Shown: positions 1 through 10,900, numbered from the stretch's first letter. The stretch: DNA of 60,552 bases from a virus (IMGVR_UViG_3300048548_000571:1-60552); one strand, 5' to 3'. Translations and numbers: made by a program. The notes: generated from the sequence alone by a model not told the origin.

Positions 1-890
1 CCTTCATAGTGTTGTCTCAAGAATTCTACAGCACCAAGAGATAAACCGTCGTCTGCACAGTGGGGTCCGATAACCAGATTAGGAAATTCATTTCTCAATT
101 TGGTGTTGATAATAGTATTTTGTGCAATACCACCAGAATAGTATACGACATCACTCTTTTCGCAATACTTTGTAAAGTGTTTCACATACAAATCTTCGGT
201 GATTTCGTGAGCAAAGTATATCCCTTGATTGATATCTGCATCAGTGTCCATATCAAATGTCCACAGATAATCAAGGAAATGTAAACTCATTCTCTTCTGC
301 TTGAGTTTCACTTTGCGTAGTAAATGATTAGAGGTAGATCCATATTCCTTTTTTGCCATGATCTTACCTGCACGGTCGAGCACATGACCCTCCATGCCCA
401 TCTTACCACCAAGATTTCCTAGGATCTGACCGAAACTAGGCATCTCATCTAGATTATATTGTACTAGTTTCTCACCACCATGCATGATAGTATGTGAGTT
501 CTCATTATCACCATATCCATCAAATACAAATCCATAATCATACTTGTCACCAAGCATGAAGTAACTCAATATGTGTGCATAGTGATGATCTACACGAAAC
601 ACAGGACAATCAAATCCCATGTCTTTAAACATAGGGACATCAAGAATCTCAAATAGTTTGCTACAATCAGTCTTGATGAATGGATGCTTATGTGTATCCA
701 TGACAATAGCGATAGCGTCCACCTTGGTGACACCCCATCGCTTTAATACACTAGTCCACAGATTAAGACTGTTGTGACCATGGTGTTTAGATTGTAAATC
801 ACGCTCTGACTTATAATATCTGACCTTAACACCATCTGTGTATGTGATGTTAGTGTCATGCTCACAGAGTCTTAATCCTATGAAGTTCAT
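1..890 (-). CDS. Carbamoyltransferase (NodU/CmcH/TobZ family), 3'-truncated by window edge; missing from ORF track
   Basis: Manual translation from ATG 890: MNFIGLRLCEHDTNITYTDG..SERDLQSKHHG, DHHYAHILS (HHxAH), FDGYGD, AGKIMAKKEYG, YSGGIAQNTIIN, PHCADDGLSLGA. These are the Kae1-like domain motifs of the family. ATGA overlap with the upstream gene. Confidence 0.88.
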   Translation of the reverse strand, partial: MNFIGLRLCEHDTNITYTDGVKVRYYKSERDLQSKHHGHNSLNLWTSVLKRWGVTKVDAIAIVMDTHKHPFIKTDCSKLFEILDVPMFKDMGFDCPVFRVDHHYAHILSYFMLGDKYDYGFVFDGYGDNENSHTIMHGGEKLVQYNLDEMPSFGQILGNLGGKMGMEGHVLDRAGKIMAKKEYGSTSNHLLRKVKLKQKRMSLHFLDYLWTFDMDTDADINQGIYFAHEITEDLYVKHFTKYCEKSDVVYYSGGIAQNTIINTKLRNEFPNLVIGPHCADDGLSLGAVEFLRQHYE

Positions 891-1120
891 TCAAACATCG
901 GTCCCCATGTACCACGATCACCAGGTTGTCTGTTCTCTAGTTTATCCATCAGACTGTCAATATCTTTAAGTGATTCAAGTTTGACAATAATCTCACTGAT
1001 AGCATTACAGACCATGGGACGTTCTTGTCGCGCAGCGAATGCTAATGCATTACGCAATGATGCACTCGCCTCGTCAATTGATTCTTCTACTGATTTTGAT
1101 AATGCCATTGTTAAATCCAA
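887..1120 (-). CDS. Hypothetical cyanophage protein
   Basis: 77-aa ORF tightly packed in the minus-strand operon. Confidence 0.7.
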   Translation of the reverse strand: MDLTMALSKSVEESIDEASASLRNALAFAARQERPMVCNAISEIIVKLESLKDIDSLMDKLENRQPGDRGTWGPMFE

Positions 1121-1620
1121 TTTGGTTTGCGTTCTGGTATACGTCTGTAGTTATCACGCACCCATGGTTTGGATGCTATGTACCACTTGTATGCTGTGAA
1201 TGTATCTATGCTAGTGTTATGCTTGTAGACATCAGGCATTGCTCTCACAAATGGTGTGACAGTATCAATACTGCCCTGTGGGAACATATAATATGCATGA
1301 GACAATGTATTATAGCATGAATGTTGCTTATTGAAGCGTAGTGTATACTCACCACACAAACTAATGCCCCATTGTATCAACCACCACGAGTTGTGAATAG
1401 ACTCTGCTGCCCACACTGTGCATGGATGATTACGAAAAGCACCCTTGGCAGTTTTATATGGTGTGCCATCCATCTTTGGTAGTGTACCATAACTATGATA
1501 CCAATCTGATGCAACAATAGAGAGCATTTGACAGCACTCTAGTGGCATCTTGACAATATGTTTGTCAGGTAGGCAAGTAGCACATTCAGCTGGATACTTG
1601 CTCGTTACGAAGATGTTCAT
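1111..1620 (-). CDS. Pyrimidine-dimer DNA glycosylase / endonuclease V-like protein
   Basis: MNIF..CA..LPDKHIVKMPLECCQMLS N-terminus and NHPCTVWA motif. Confidence 0.75.
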   Translation of the reverse strand: MNIFVTSKYPAECATCLPDKHIVKMPLECCQMLSIVASDWYHSYGTLPKMDGTPYKTAKGAFRNHPCTVWAAESIHNSWWLIQWGISLCGEYTLRFNKQHSCYNTLSHAYYMFPQGSIDTVTPFVRAMPDVYKHNTSIDTFTAYKWYIASKPWVRDNYRRIPERKPNWI

Positions 1621-2266
1621 CGCCCAGGTATGCCTCCCTGTTGATACGGATGTTGAAACTGAATGTCAGTCTCATCTTGTGTCTGTTTTCAATACCCACT
1701 TTAACATGGTGATTGAGAAATGGTGGGAATAACACAATGTTTCCATCTTCTGCACCCACCATGAATGAATCTTGATAGTATCCCTTGATTTTAGAGTCCT
1801 GATGTGGCCATGGTGGTTGTGTTCTCATCCCACGTTCCATGTTTGTGAACTGTAACTGTCCACGACAGCAATTCTTTGCGAAGTAAATACCAGACCAAAA
1901 TGGATTGATGTTGTAAGGTGACAGGTGATTGTGTATCTCTTGTCCCTGCCCTTCATAGTATGCATTATACCAGAATTGTGTCAATGATATATCTGGTGGT
2001 GCATCGATTGCAACCATCATCTCTTTACAATGTGCTAGTATGTCATTGTGTACCGAAGCAAGCAACTCCATTGACATGTAAGGATCATTGACATTCTCTT
2101 CTACCTGTCCAGGGAATGATGTATTGACTGGTAGAATCCATCCTTTTGGTTTTCTATCGGTTTTAGGAATGTCAGGAAACTCGTGTGTACCGTGTTTCTT
2201 GAATCTACTGAATAATAATGGAGTTGAGAATACAGGTACATGATACACCAACTTCTCATTTATCAT
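1586..2266 (-). CDS. Putative 2OG-Fe(II) oxygenase (TIGR02466-like)
   Basis: FSTPL start, WYN..HNH, WSGIYF, VLFPPFLNHHV, RLTFSFNI. Confidence 0.8.
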   Translation of the reverse strand: MINEKLVYHVPVFSTPLLFSRFKKHGTHEFPDIPKTDRKPKGWILPVNTSFPGQVEENVNDPYMSMELLASVHNDILAHCKEMMVAIDAPPDISLTQFWYNAYYEGQGQEIHNHLSPYNINPFWSGIYFAKNCCRGQLQFTNMERGMRTQPPWPHQDSKIKGYYQDSFMVGAEDGNIVLFPPFLNHHVKVGIENRHKMRLTFSFNIRINREAYLGDEHLRNEQVSS

Positions 2267-2550
2267 AACTTACCACCAACAATAGCGGAACCAACTACTC
2301 TTGTATATTTCTCTAGTGTACCATCTTGTTCACACTTGAGGTGCCAATGTGTCATCGTGATCACACCATCTCTAGTCGCACCAGTGAGCATTGCACGTCC
2401 TTGTTTAGTCATCGTAGAGAACAAACCAAACCTAGTCTCCCAGATGTAGAATACATCATCGATCAGTTCTGCGTGATCAGGTAGTCCTCTCTCCTTACAT
2501 ACAGACAGATCATTCTTCTGTTGTTCAGTCAGATGCTCGCCATTGTCCAT
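2263..2550 (-). CDS. Hypothetical protein
   Basis: ORF; start placed at MDNGEH, downstream of a GGAG SD-like sequence. Confidence 0.6.
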   Translation of the reverse strand: MDNGEHLTEQQKNDLSVCKERGLPDHAELIDDVFYIWETRFGLFSTMTKQGRAMLTGATRDGVITMTHWHLKCEQDGTLEKYTRVVGSAIVGGKL

Positions 2551-2722
2551 AACTATTTGTTCTCCTTTGTTGTTGATACTCATCAACAATATCTAAAATA
2601 TGTTGAGAGATTTGTGATGCTGCATCATCATCCCAGTCACTATCATCTAGTGTACGACCCATATTAAACACCTCATGCAGTTTGATGTTGATAGAGTCAA
2701 TTAACAAGTCATGCTTTGTCAT
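2525..2722 (-). CDS. Hypothetical protein
   Basis: 65-aa ORF in operon. Confidence 0.55.
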   Translation of the reverse strand: MTKHDLLIDSINIKLHEVFNMGRTLDDSDWDDDAASQISQHILDIVDEYQQQRRTNSYGQWRASD

Positions 2723-2762
2723 AGCAAGTTCTATTAAACTTTGGTATATAGCGATTCAAAGT

Positions 2763-2921
2763 TCATTTATTGAGAGATTGATATACTGCTTCAATATGCA
2801 TGTTACCATGAATATATCCAGCGATAATAATACTAATCACAAACAAAAAACATGCCACTAGACTCAAGACTAGTGGCACTGTAGGATTTTCTATTTCAGA
2901 TTTCGGTGTTTCGTCGCTCAT
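2763..2921 (-). CDS. Small single-pass membrane protein
   Basis: Hydrophobic stretch VPLVLSLVACFLFVISIIIAGYI. Confidence 0.6.
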   Translation of the reverse strand: MSDETPKSEIENPTVPLVLSLVACFLFVISIIIAGYIHGNMHIEAVYQSLNK

Positions 2922-3075
2922 CGAGATACCTAATAATATCACCACGCCATTCCATCAACTCATTGTAGCATAGTTGCTCATGTGCTGCCTGTCGCAATAC
3001 ATGGTCTGGTTTTAATACAGACTCATAGAATAGATGAAATGCATCAATACGTTTTCTTTGTTTATCGTCGTTCAT
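2896..3075 (-). CDS. Hypothetical protein (59 aa, below ORF-track cutoff)
   Basis: MNDDKQRKRIDAFHLFYESVLKPDHVLRQAAHEQLCYNELMEWRGDIIRYLDERRNTEI; fills the gap and has an ATGA overlap. Confidence 0.65.
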   Translation of the reverse strand: MNDDKQRKRIDAFHLFYESVLKPDHVLRQAAHEQLCYNELMEWRGDIIRYLDERRNTEI

Positions 3076-3302
3076 TCGTCGAATACCTTACACATAGGGG
3101 AACCAGGGTGATCATCACAGAACTTATCTAATACTTTGTCTTGATGACGTGTTGAGGGATCAGCAATCTTACCTTCTGTCTTTGGATCCCACTCATCGGG
3201 AGAATGTGTCTCGTTACAGTGTAGATCTACCTTGTATTCATTCCACTTATCATTAGGATCATAGAGTGGATCGTTAGGATCGCGTTGGCGTGGTTGTGAC
3301 AT
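3072..3302 (-). CDS. CP12-like protein (C-terminal CP12 motif only)
   Basis: Ends LDKFCDDHPGSPMCKVFDE, matching the CP12 C-terminal CxxxPxxxxCxx(Y/F)D motif. Confidence 0.6.
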   Translation of the reverse strand: MSQPRQRDPNDPLYDPNDKWNEYKVDLHCNETHSPDEWDPKTEGKIADPSTRHQDKVLDKFCDDHPGSPMCKVFDE

Positions 3303-3481
3303 TAGCATTGCTCCTTATTGAATAGTTTACGACACTTTTTTACTTCTTTGAGTTCATCTTTAATCATCTGATAAGCATCTTCAGGAGTGATACGTCTTGA
3401 CATTTCCATGGCAATAGTGTATTCAACTCTTGTACCAAAGTGTTTGAGTGCTTCCTCAAATGAGTTTAGCTCTTCGTACAT
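3302..3481 (-). CDS. Hypothetical protein (59 aa, below ORF-track cutoff)
   Basis: MYEELNSFEEALKHFGTRVEYTIAMEMSRRITPEDAYQMIKDELKEVKKCRKLFNKEQC; TAATG coupling to the next gene. Confidence 0.65.
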   Translation of the reverse strand: MYEELNSFEEALKHFGTRVEYTIAMEMSRRITPEDAYQMIKDELKEVKKCRKLFNKEQC

Positions 3482-3750
3482 GCTGCCTCCTTCTCTGCTT
3501 TTGCCTCTTCTGCTTTACGCTTGCGTGACTGCTCGATTACACTGAAGTCAAGACTACCAGGGTAGACAGCATTATAAGTGTCACAGACGTTCTTGAGAGA
3601 GTCCTCACGCTTTTTAGACTGCAAACCACGGGCACGTAGTTCCTGACGTGTTGGAATGGCACTGTGAGGTGCTTGAGCACGAAAGAAAGGAGCGAGGCAT
3701 GCAGCATCATGGATGTTGAGCGCAGAACGGTCGGGCAATGAACCTTGCAT
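3466..3750 (-). CDS. Hypothetical early protein
   Basis: Start MQGSLP lies just downstream of a sigma70 promoter. Confidence 0.6.
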   Translation of the reverse strand: MQGSLPDRSALNIHDAACLAPFFRAQAPHSAIPTRQELRARGLQSKKREDSLKNVCDTYNAVYPGSLDFSVIEQSRKRKAEEAKAEKEAACTKS

Positions 3751-3775
3751 TATGTAGGTGGTGATCAACTGATTA

Positions 3776-3804
3776 ATCATACACCATGCTGCCAGTCCTG
3801 TCAA
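3776..3804 (-). promoter_or_regulatory. Sigma70-type early promoter
   Basis: TTGACA-N17-TATGAT. Confidence 0.8.
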
Positions 3805-3806
3805 CC

Positions 3807-4796
3807 CTATGTGGCAGCCGCAACGTCTGGATTCAGAACCTCGATCTCCTTGAACTCTTTATACTTGAATCTGTACACAATAATGTCATCGAGAGTACCA
3901 TCCTTGTAGATATACTCAAAGTCTAACATATACTGCCAAGGATGAAGATATCTCTGGTTGCCAAATATATCTTCACCTCTTACAAGTGGTGTAGTCTCAT
4001 CATCCATTCCTGGCAGCAATGAGTACACGTACTTTGCTTGATCTACAGTCAATAACTCTGCGCGGATCAGTGCCTCAATATGTTTGTCCGAGACCTGATC
4101 ATAACCAACGTGGATCTTCTTATCAATTCTAGTTTTGATTGTGAATGGATTAAATCTACCTCTAAATTCGCTGACCCACTCTGTATATGCACATCCAATC
4201 ACAATGTTTAGACTTTCTTCTCCAAAGAAATAATCAGGTTTAGACCAATTCTTCAATCCAAACAAGTATGATTCCATCTTAACAGCATCTCCATGTGCTG
4301 ATAGATCTAGTAATGAAGTACAATGAATACCAAGATGAGTAGGTACACCCTCAACATCGTGCTTAAATCCTACAAATGTGGGACGCAAATCAGCGGCAGA
4401 ACTACCAATACTCTCATACATCTCATTATATTGTTTGATTAGATGAGTAGATCTGGTTTGCTCTTTGAAATACTTTATGCTGCTGTTGAAATAGTTTAAC
4501 CCCAAGTCTCCTACAGGTCTTATAAACCTACTAGTGTATCCAAGATGTGTGTCACCATTGTAATCAACAGTGAGTTTCTTCAACTCATTTCTAGCAGGTT
4601 CGTGATATTCTTTCAGGAAAGGAGTAAAGTCCAGAGCAGCATTGAGTCTTTCCTTGACAGGACTAGACAATTCTGGTTCATATCTCTCTTGCACCAAACC
4701 AGTATACAACCACGGCATGGTTGCAGAAGAACAGATATGTTCTTGACGGAAGATACTATACTTCTCTACTTCAGTGTAGCGATCAGAAAATATCAT
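3807..4796 (-). CDS. Hypothetical protein
   Basis: 329-aa ORF, no motif recognised. Confidence 0.75.
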   Translation of the reverse strand: MIFSDRYTEVEKYSIFRQEHICSSATMPWLYTGLVQERYEPELSSPVKERLNAALDFTPFLKEYHEPARNELKKLTVDYNGDTHLGYTSRFIRPVGDLGLNYFNSSIKYFKEQTRSTHLIKQYNEMYESIGSSAADLRPTFVGFKHDVEGVPTHLGIHCTSLLDLSAHGDAVKMESYLFGLKNWSKPDYFFGEESLNIVIGCAYTEWVSEFRGRFNPFTIKTRIDKKIHVGYDQVSDKHIEALIRAELLTVDQAKYVYSLLPGMDDETTPLVRGEDIFGNQRYLHPWQYMLDFEYIYKDGTLDDIIVYRFKYKEFKEIEVLNPDVAAAT

Positions 4797-5143
4797 TCGT
4801 TTGATTCGATAATTTGTCCTAGCTCATTGTATAATGCATAGAAAATATATTGTGATGGTTCAGTACACGTTGCTTGAGACTCTGGGAAACTATCCTCCAA
4901 GAAGTCTACAACACCATCCAATGACTCTAACTCAATTAGATTATATTCAGACAGATCCATTTGAGTCCACAGATCCAATGGCAGAATGCCTTTGTAAATC
5001 TCTCTAGACTCATTGATCTTTGCTACATCGTCAGTATTGTTCCAACCATATGCTCTGATGTAGATCATAGGTACACCACGCAGGGCAACATGCCTACCAA
5101 TACTGGTAGAGAGATCATAAATTTGATAGTTCTGGTTAATCAT
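4793..5143 (-). CDS. Hypothetical protein
   Basis: 116-aa ORF with 4-nt overlaps at both ends. Confidence 0.7.
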   Translation of the reverse strand: MINQNYQIYDLSTSIGRHVALRGVPMIYIRAYGWNNTDDVAKINESREIYKGILPLDLWTQMDLSEYNLIELESLDGVVDFLEDSFPESQATCTEPSQYIFYALYNELGQIIESNE

Positions 5144-5658
5144 TTAGATAATTTCCATGCGATTGTGACTCTCAAACCTTTGTACGCTCTATTTACTTCT
5201 GTTGATGAGTGGTATACAGAACCAGGGAAATACACTGCTCTGTTAGGTCTTGGGAAGACAACAGTTAGCATCCCATCACCATCATAGAATTGTGTACCAC
5301 CACTCCAGTTTTCATTCCACTTCATGTTAGCATAGAATAGAAATGTTCTGCCATTCTCCTCATATGAGTCTTGATGGAGGGTTCCAGGTTGACCATATGT
5401 GGCACCATTGGCATACACACGTTCTAGTTTTAAAGAGTCATCTCCTACAGTTTGTCTTATCTTATTTAGAAGATAGTCGTAGAAGAATGGATCCTTGCTG
5501 AAGTCAATATACCAAAATGGAGTCATGTACATCCTACGAGGATCCTGATCATTAAGTGACCCAGATCCATAGTTCCAGTTGACTATCTTTGGTTGTAGGA
5601 TATCATTCTCTTCAGGAGTCAACCAGTCTTCATACTTAATCAGATCGTCCATACTCAC
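5140..5658 (-). CDS. 2OG-Fe(II) oxygenase
   Basis: HQD, W..NWSGGT.F, PNRAVYFPG..YH, RVTIAWK. Confidence 0.85.
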   Translation of the reverse strand: MSMDDLIKYEDWLTPEENDILQPKIVNWNYGSGSLNDQDPRRMYMTPFWYIDFSKDPFFYDYLLNKIRQTVGDDSLKLERVYANGATYGQPGTLHQDSYEENGRTFLFYANMKWNENWSGGTQFYDGDGMLTVVFPRPNRAVYFPGSVYHSSTEVNRAYKGLRVTIAWKLSK

Positions 5659-6316
5659 GTAACATTTGATATCTAAAATTATTCAGTCTTTTTCCAATTG
5701 CGATAAACTCTAGATCTTCCTCGTTATTATCATAAAGTGGGCACAGATCTCTCAAGATATCATTACACGTCAGAGAATAATCAATACAAAAATTGCGATG
5801 AAAACTATCTTTGATCTCTGTCTCCATCCACCCTAGCATAACTTTACGCTCACCTTTTGTGACAGGTGCAACTCTATGCTGTAAGTTGGAGTCGTAGATA
5901 ATAAACTTACCCTTCTCTGGTTTAGTAACCACCTCAACATTTCCTACCTTGATAATCAACTCACCACCTTCAAAGTCATCATTAAGATAGACAGTATAGT
6001 TTAAGTTCGGATATAACTTCCTGATAGGATAGTTATCATTGTGGTATCCATACTCATCTCCCTCTTTATACCAAGAGAATAGAGGCACAGAGTGTTTAGT
6101 GGCGAGAAATATATTGTTCAGGATTTTACTTTTCATGATATATGGTTTTACCGCAGAACAATAGTTTAACCAGATATTGTTCTCGTCCATCTGCATATTC
6201 TTTTTTATCTTTTCTGGGTTAGTATTGTTTCCACTGTGGAACCACTCTTCACTCCAATCTTTACCAATGTAATCAATGATTTCATTAGGTATAATGTCAC
6301 TCTTCTCCCAAAGCAT
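5636..6316 (-). CDS. PKHD/PiuC-like 2OG-Fe(II) oxygenase
   Basis: YGYHND, TVYLND.FEGGEL, HRVAPVTKGERKVMLGW. Confidence 0.85.
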   Translation of the reverse strand: MLWEKSDIIPNEIIDYIGKDWSEEWFHSGNNTNPEKIKKNMQMDENNIWLNYCSAVKPYIMKSKILNNIFLATKHSVPLFSWYKEGDEYGYHNDNYPIRKLYPNLNYTVYLNDDFEGGELIIKVGNVEVVTKPEKGKFIIYDSNLQHRVAPVTKGERKVMLGWMETEIKDSFHRNFCIDYSLTCNDILRDLCPLYDNNEEDLEFIAIGKRLNNFRYQMLREYGRSD

Positions 6317-7274
6317 CTATCTCTTCCTGTGTGTATAATGTAGTGTAATCGATACCGTTTTCAACAAACTCCTCACATCTCATCATCTGCATGATTTCTT
6401 TGGTCAGATCAGCAACAACACGTCGTGACTTATTCCATTTAGCAGATAGTTCACTGATGTTAGTGATTCTACTCAAGATCAAGTCTGTTGATGCATCAGT
6501 GTCTCTCTTCACAAAGCAATCATCTGTGTCTAGATATCCAGTCAAACTCTTATCATCGTTGACTCTATCTGGAAACTGCGTGGCGAACATCTTTGGATCC
6601 ATTGGCCACTTGATTTCATCAATACCCTTAAACCACTCAATGTCAAAGTTTTCCATACCCATTGCTTGAATAGAATCCCAAGAAAAGTATTCTTTACCAG
6701 AGTTTCTAACGTTTGCTCTCCATTTGATCCAGTTGTCTTTCTCTCCAGGATAGTTGTCAGTGACATCAGGCAATACACGCCAATCAGTTGCATTTAGCAT
6801 GTTTTGCTTTTCAGCGATTCTCTTTGATAGAGTAGAATCCCAGAAAGCATGCTCTTGAGAGATGGAAGTAATCTTATCATTAATCTGGAATTGATTAACA
6901 ATTCTTTGTGCCTCTAGGAATGCCTCAAGATTATTCTTTAGCTCGACAACATCATCTACTGTGAATGCTTTAAACACATAAGATTGGAAGTAACTCTCTT
7001 TTGTGGTGAAGTTATACTTCTGCTTTCTTCTCTGTACATTTGCTGTACCATCATTATAGAGGACGACGTACTCGATAGTGTCAGTTTCAGTATGCCACTT
7101 CTCACCAAGAACTTCCGTCTTGAATCTCTCTACCAGATCTGGTTTGAGTTTGTAAGAGGGAGCACCCACTTGTCCCGTAAGTTTGTTGGTAACATTAATA
7201 CCAGTCTCTACAACGAAGTTGGAGATGAAATCCATTTCGTAGATTGCTCTTCTTACGAATTTTTCTTCTGCCAT
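6297..7274 (-). CDS. Virion-associated protein with tail-fibre assembly chaperone-like domain
   Basis: LNATDWRVLPDV...WIKWRANVR..WP motif; lies downstream of fibre genes. Confidence 0.6.
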   Translation of the reverse strand: MAEEKFVRRAIYEMDFISNFVVETGINVTNKLTGQVGAPSYKLKPDLVERFKTEVLGEKWHTETDTIEYVVLYNDGTANVQRRKQKYNFTTKESYFQSYVFKAFTVDDVVELKNNLEAFLEAQRIVNQFQINDKITSISQEHAFWDSTLSKRIAEKQNMLNATDWRVLPDVTDNYPGEKDNWIKWRANVRNSGKEYFSWDSIQAMGMENFDIEWFKGIDEIKWPMDPKMFATQFPDRVNDDKSLTGYLDTDDCFVKRDTDASTDLILSRITNISELSAKWNKSRRVVADLTKEIMQMMRCEEFVENGIDYTTLYTQEEIDALGEE

Positions 7275-7279
7275 GGGTA

Positions 7280-7951
7280 TTAATGGGTGAGTGGCGATGG
7301 GGTTTTAATATACCATCCAGTTACAATGTATTTATTGTCTTCGCCCATAACCATGTTGCCCTTATGGACATGAGTCATGCATGCTGGGAATAATACAACT
7401 GTTCCTTGGGTTGGTCTAATTCTTCTTTTCTGGAATCTGAACTCGGTCTCTCCACCCTCTTCAATATCATTCAAGTAGATCATCCACGTAACTTCACGTT
7501 GAGAGTATTCGTGTGATGCATTTTCATAATGCCACAGGTGATAACCACCACCAGATGGTGTTCTTTGAAATTTGATATCAGTAGATACCATTGTCATTCC
7601 TTTCAACTGGTCAAACTCATCCATGTAATGCATCATACATGACTTCAGGAATTGATTGATCTGTGCTGATCTATCAGAAGCATGATAGTTCACCATAAAT
7701 GATGCATCATGTCTGTTGCCCTTGCCTTTGTACTGCGATCCACCATCGGAAACGCCATACAAACTTTGTGGAGTACCTACTGCTAATGCAGCACTATTTT
7801 CATCCAGAACATCATTTCCATACTTAATCATTTCTTCACAGAAAGGTTTGGGTACAAATCCTTCCCAGACACCAATGAAATCTTGAAAGTCAGATCTCGT
7901 CGCTGCCTTATTCCTCATCAACTCAAGAGGACGATACGGTGCTAATCCCAT
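7280..7951 (-). CDS. 2OG-Fe(II) oxygenase (prolyl-4-hydroxylase-like)
   Basis: GGGYHLWHYE, WMIYLNDIEEGGETEF, FPA..THVHKG, KYIVTGW. Confidence 0.88.
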   Translation of the reverse strand: MGLAPYRPLELMRNKAATRSDFQDFIGVWEGFVPKPFCEEMIKYGNDVLDENSAALAVGTPQSLYGVSDGGSQYKGKGNRHDASFMVNYHASDRSAQINQFLKSCMMHYMDEFDQLKGMTMVSTDIKFQRTPSGGGYHLWHYENASHEYSQREVTWMIYLNDIEEGGETEFRFQKRRIRPTQGTVVLFPACMTHVHKGNMVMGEDNKYIVTGWYIKTPSPLTH

Positions 7952-7953
7952 AA

Positions 7954-10900
7954 TTAATATGCTTTGATAATATACTTAACTTTGTGGAAGTTTTCGACTA
8001 GTGGAACTTTTTTGTTCGGTTTGAATGTGACGTTTGGAATAGGTTTCTTAAACGATTCATTCAAAGTGAACGTACCACTATTTAGTGCTACATCTACATC
8101 TGATTGTGTGAATCCAATGTTGATAGTAGTACCAGCATTGCCCAGTCCTCTTCTAGCACTACCAACACCAGAAACGTTACCATAAGAGAAATCAGTATTG
8201 ATATCAGTAACAGCTTGTGTTGTCAAGAAGTGACTGTGAGTCTCTACAGAAGCATCAAGATCTTCTAACATAATTTGAGGGGTGTAAGATTCAACTCTGG
8301 CTTGTGATTCATCAACATCAATAACAGCACCAGCGAGAACACCACCAGCAACTGATTGACCTGGCCCTGCTCCCACTGCTGCAGCAGGAGCTGACGCGGG
8401 CGCTTGGTTAACCAAGTTATTGAACGGATAAGTAGAACCCGTCCACTCGGAGCTACCAACTAGTTGCAATCTATCCCTAACACCATTTTCTACATGGTGA
8501 GGCCACCATACAGACATACTCCAGTCTTTTGCCCATGCAGCGGATCCACTAAAAGTGTTGTTGGCAGCATCAGGGAGACTAGGTGCAATTCTTTCTAGGA
8601 ATTCTTCAAATGTTTCCCCAGTATTGCCTCGGAAGAATCTTGACATTGTTGCCGAGAATTCACCACCAGCATAATCGTCAATCTTCCCTTTCCACCTTTG
8701 AGCAAAGTCCGCTGGATCACCTCTATCTTGCCAGTATTCGTCACCTAAATCAGCATCAATCCAAGCACCTTGTCCCAGACCTAACATCTCATCATCATCG
8801 ATGCGAATTTGCCATCCCAAGATACGAGCGTTCCAAGGAATTAATGGATCTTGAGAAGGACCTGTTTGTGCAGAAACAACAAAGTGTGAGTGTGCAGGCG
8901 TATTTACTCTAGCATCCAATAGAGGACCGATGATAGCATTAACGTTACCAGTTACAGTGAAGTCAACGTCTTCTTGAATTGGTTCATTGAAGACAGTTTT
9001 AACAGTGCCAATATCAAAGAATATACTTTCATCAGATGTATCACCACTACCAATCCATTGCTGGAATGGTGTGCTTTGTTGACCAGTACCAGTTGGGTCT
9101 CCAGTAGTAACATCAACATTGTCAATGTACCACCATCCACCAATATTTCCTGGTTCAAATGTACTAGGTGATGGCAAGAACGCAGATGAACCTGCGTTAC
9201 CATCAACTCTACCAGTTCCTGCTAGTTTTCTGTTCCTATAATCAGGAACTTTGAAGTTACCAGTCGCTGTATTTGTGGTTTCATCCCAATTACCAGTACC
9301 CCCATATTGATTACCAATTACGAGAAAGAGATCGAGATAGTCTGCGACGTTATATGATTCACCATCGCAAGCCAAATACCCAGGATAACGAGAGTCACGA
9401 CCACCCGAAAGATCACCATATGTATCACTTACCCATGCTGCAGGAGAGGTATTTCTACCAGGACCGAGGGATTGTTTCAGAATAGTAAGAACTGTTCCGA
9501 TTGCCATTCCATCGTCCTTTGATTCTACCACAACATTGGCAGAATTGGAAGCATCGTAATAAACTTTTGCGTTTTTCTTGGCATACCAGGTGCCTCTCAA
9601 TTCTGGTGCTGCTGGTTCTGATGCCCAGGTGGTTGCAGACCACGCAAATGTGTTACCGCTACCAGTACCAACAGTAACATTAGTAGTTATTACATTGTTG
9701 AGAGTTGTTCCAGTGACTAAAAATACTCTGAATCCTGTATTTACATCTGGATCAAATGTCACTGGTCCCTCGACTGGTGCAGCGAAGTCAATAGAGATCT
9801 TACCATAACCAGAAGCATCAATCTGAATAGGTCTGTTGATGCCAGTGACAATAACAGTAGCACTAGCAACAGACTTACCTGTAGGTTGACCAGTCAGATT
9901 CGATGGTGTTGTATAGTTTGCATCTGTATCTGCACCCAGTTCTGTAGTGATATCCCAACTAGAAATAGTTCTAGTTCCCACCTTAATAATCATGCCTGTA
10001 GTAGCATTATTATTTGGGGATGATTGGGTATAAATCTGTAATTTGTCACCATTCTGTACATCAACAGGGAAGGTAGCCTTTGAAGTAACACTACCATCTG
10101 CTCTATGTACTCTAACACGAGATGTCAAATAGTTGCTACCAGGATTAGTAGAAACAAGTGTTGCTTGTACTGTTGTACCAGCACCAAGACCAGTAATACC
10201 ATTAACAGGTGCAATCGCAGATTCAATTTGTGTATCAACTGGTTGATTAGCTACATCAGGGAAACTAAACGCTCCTGGTGTTGTTGATGGGAAGTTACCA
10301 GTGGTGACATTCCAACTGGATAGATTAATACCCTCACCAATTGAGAGAAGATTTTCAACACTGACGTTAGCATTTGTACCAGTATTATATGCTAGTTGTA
10401 GATACTGTCCATTAGTAATGGTTACAGTTGTCGTAGTCGCATTGTTGAATGTAACTGCTGATCCATTTTCTGCCAGGACATCAAAATTATTATCATCCGT
10501 AATAAAATCATTGTTATCAGAAACACCAGCTAAAGCATTACCACTAGTGACCACAAGAGCAGGAGCATTCAGTCCAGTTACCCTCAAGATCTCACTGTAT
10601 ACCCTAGTATCAAATGGTTGATTAATAATATCAGTGAAATTAGGGAATGGTTCTGGTACGTTAGGTGGTCTAACAAACGTAGTGATATTCCATCTTTCTG
10701 TTCTCGCACCAACAGCAAGAGACAGATATGTTTGCGATCCTTCTGACTGACTAGATCTTAATCTAACTTGTAGTTTGTCAGTATTACTTACAACTATCGC
10801 ATTTGATAGTGTAGGGATAGTCCAAGCACCATAAACAGTCTCGCCCTGACTTACTCGCTGGACTCTTACTGCAAAATCATCAACACTAGAACTGTAAAAA

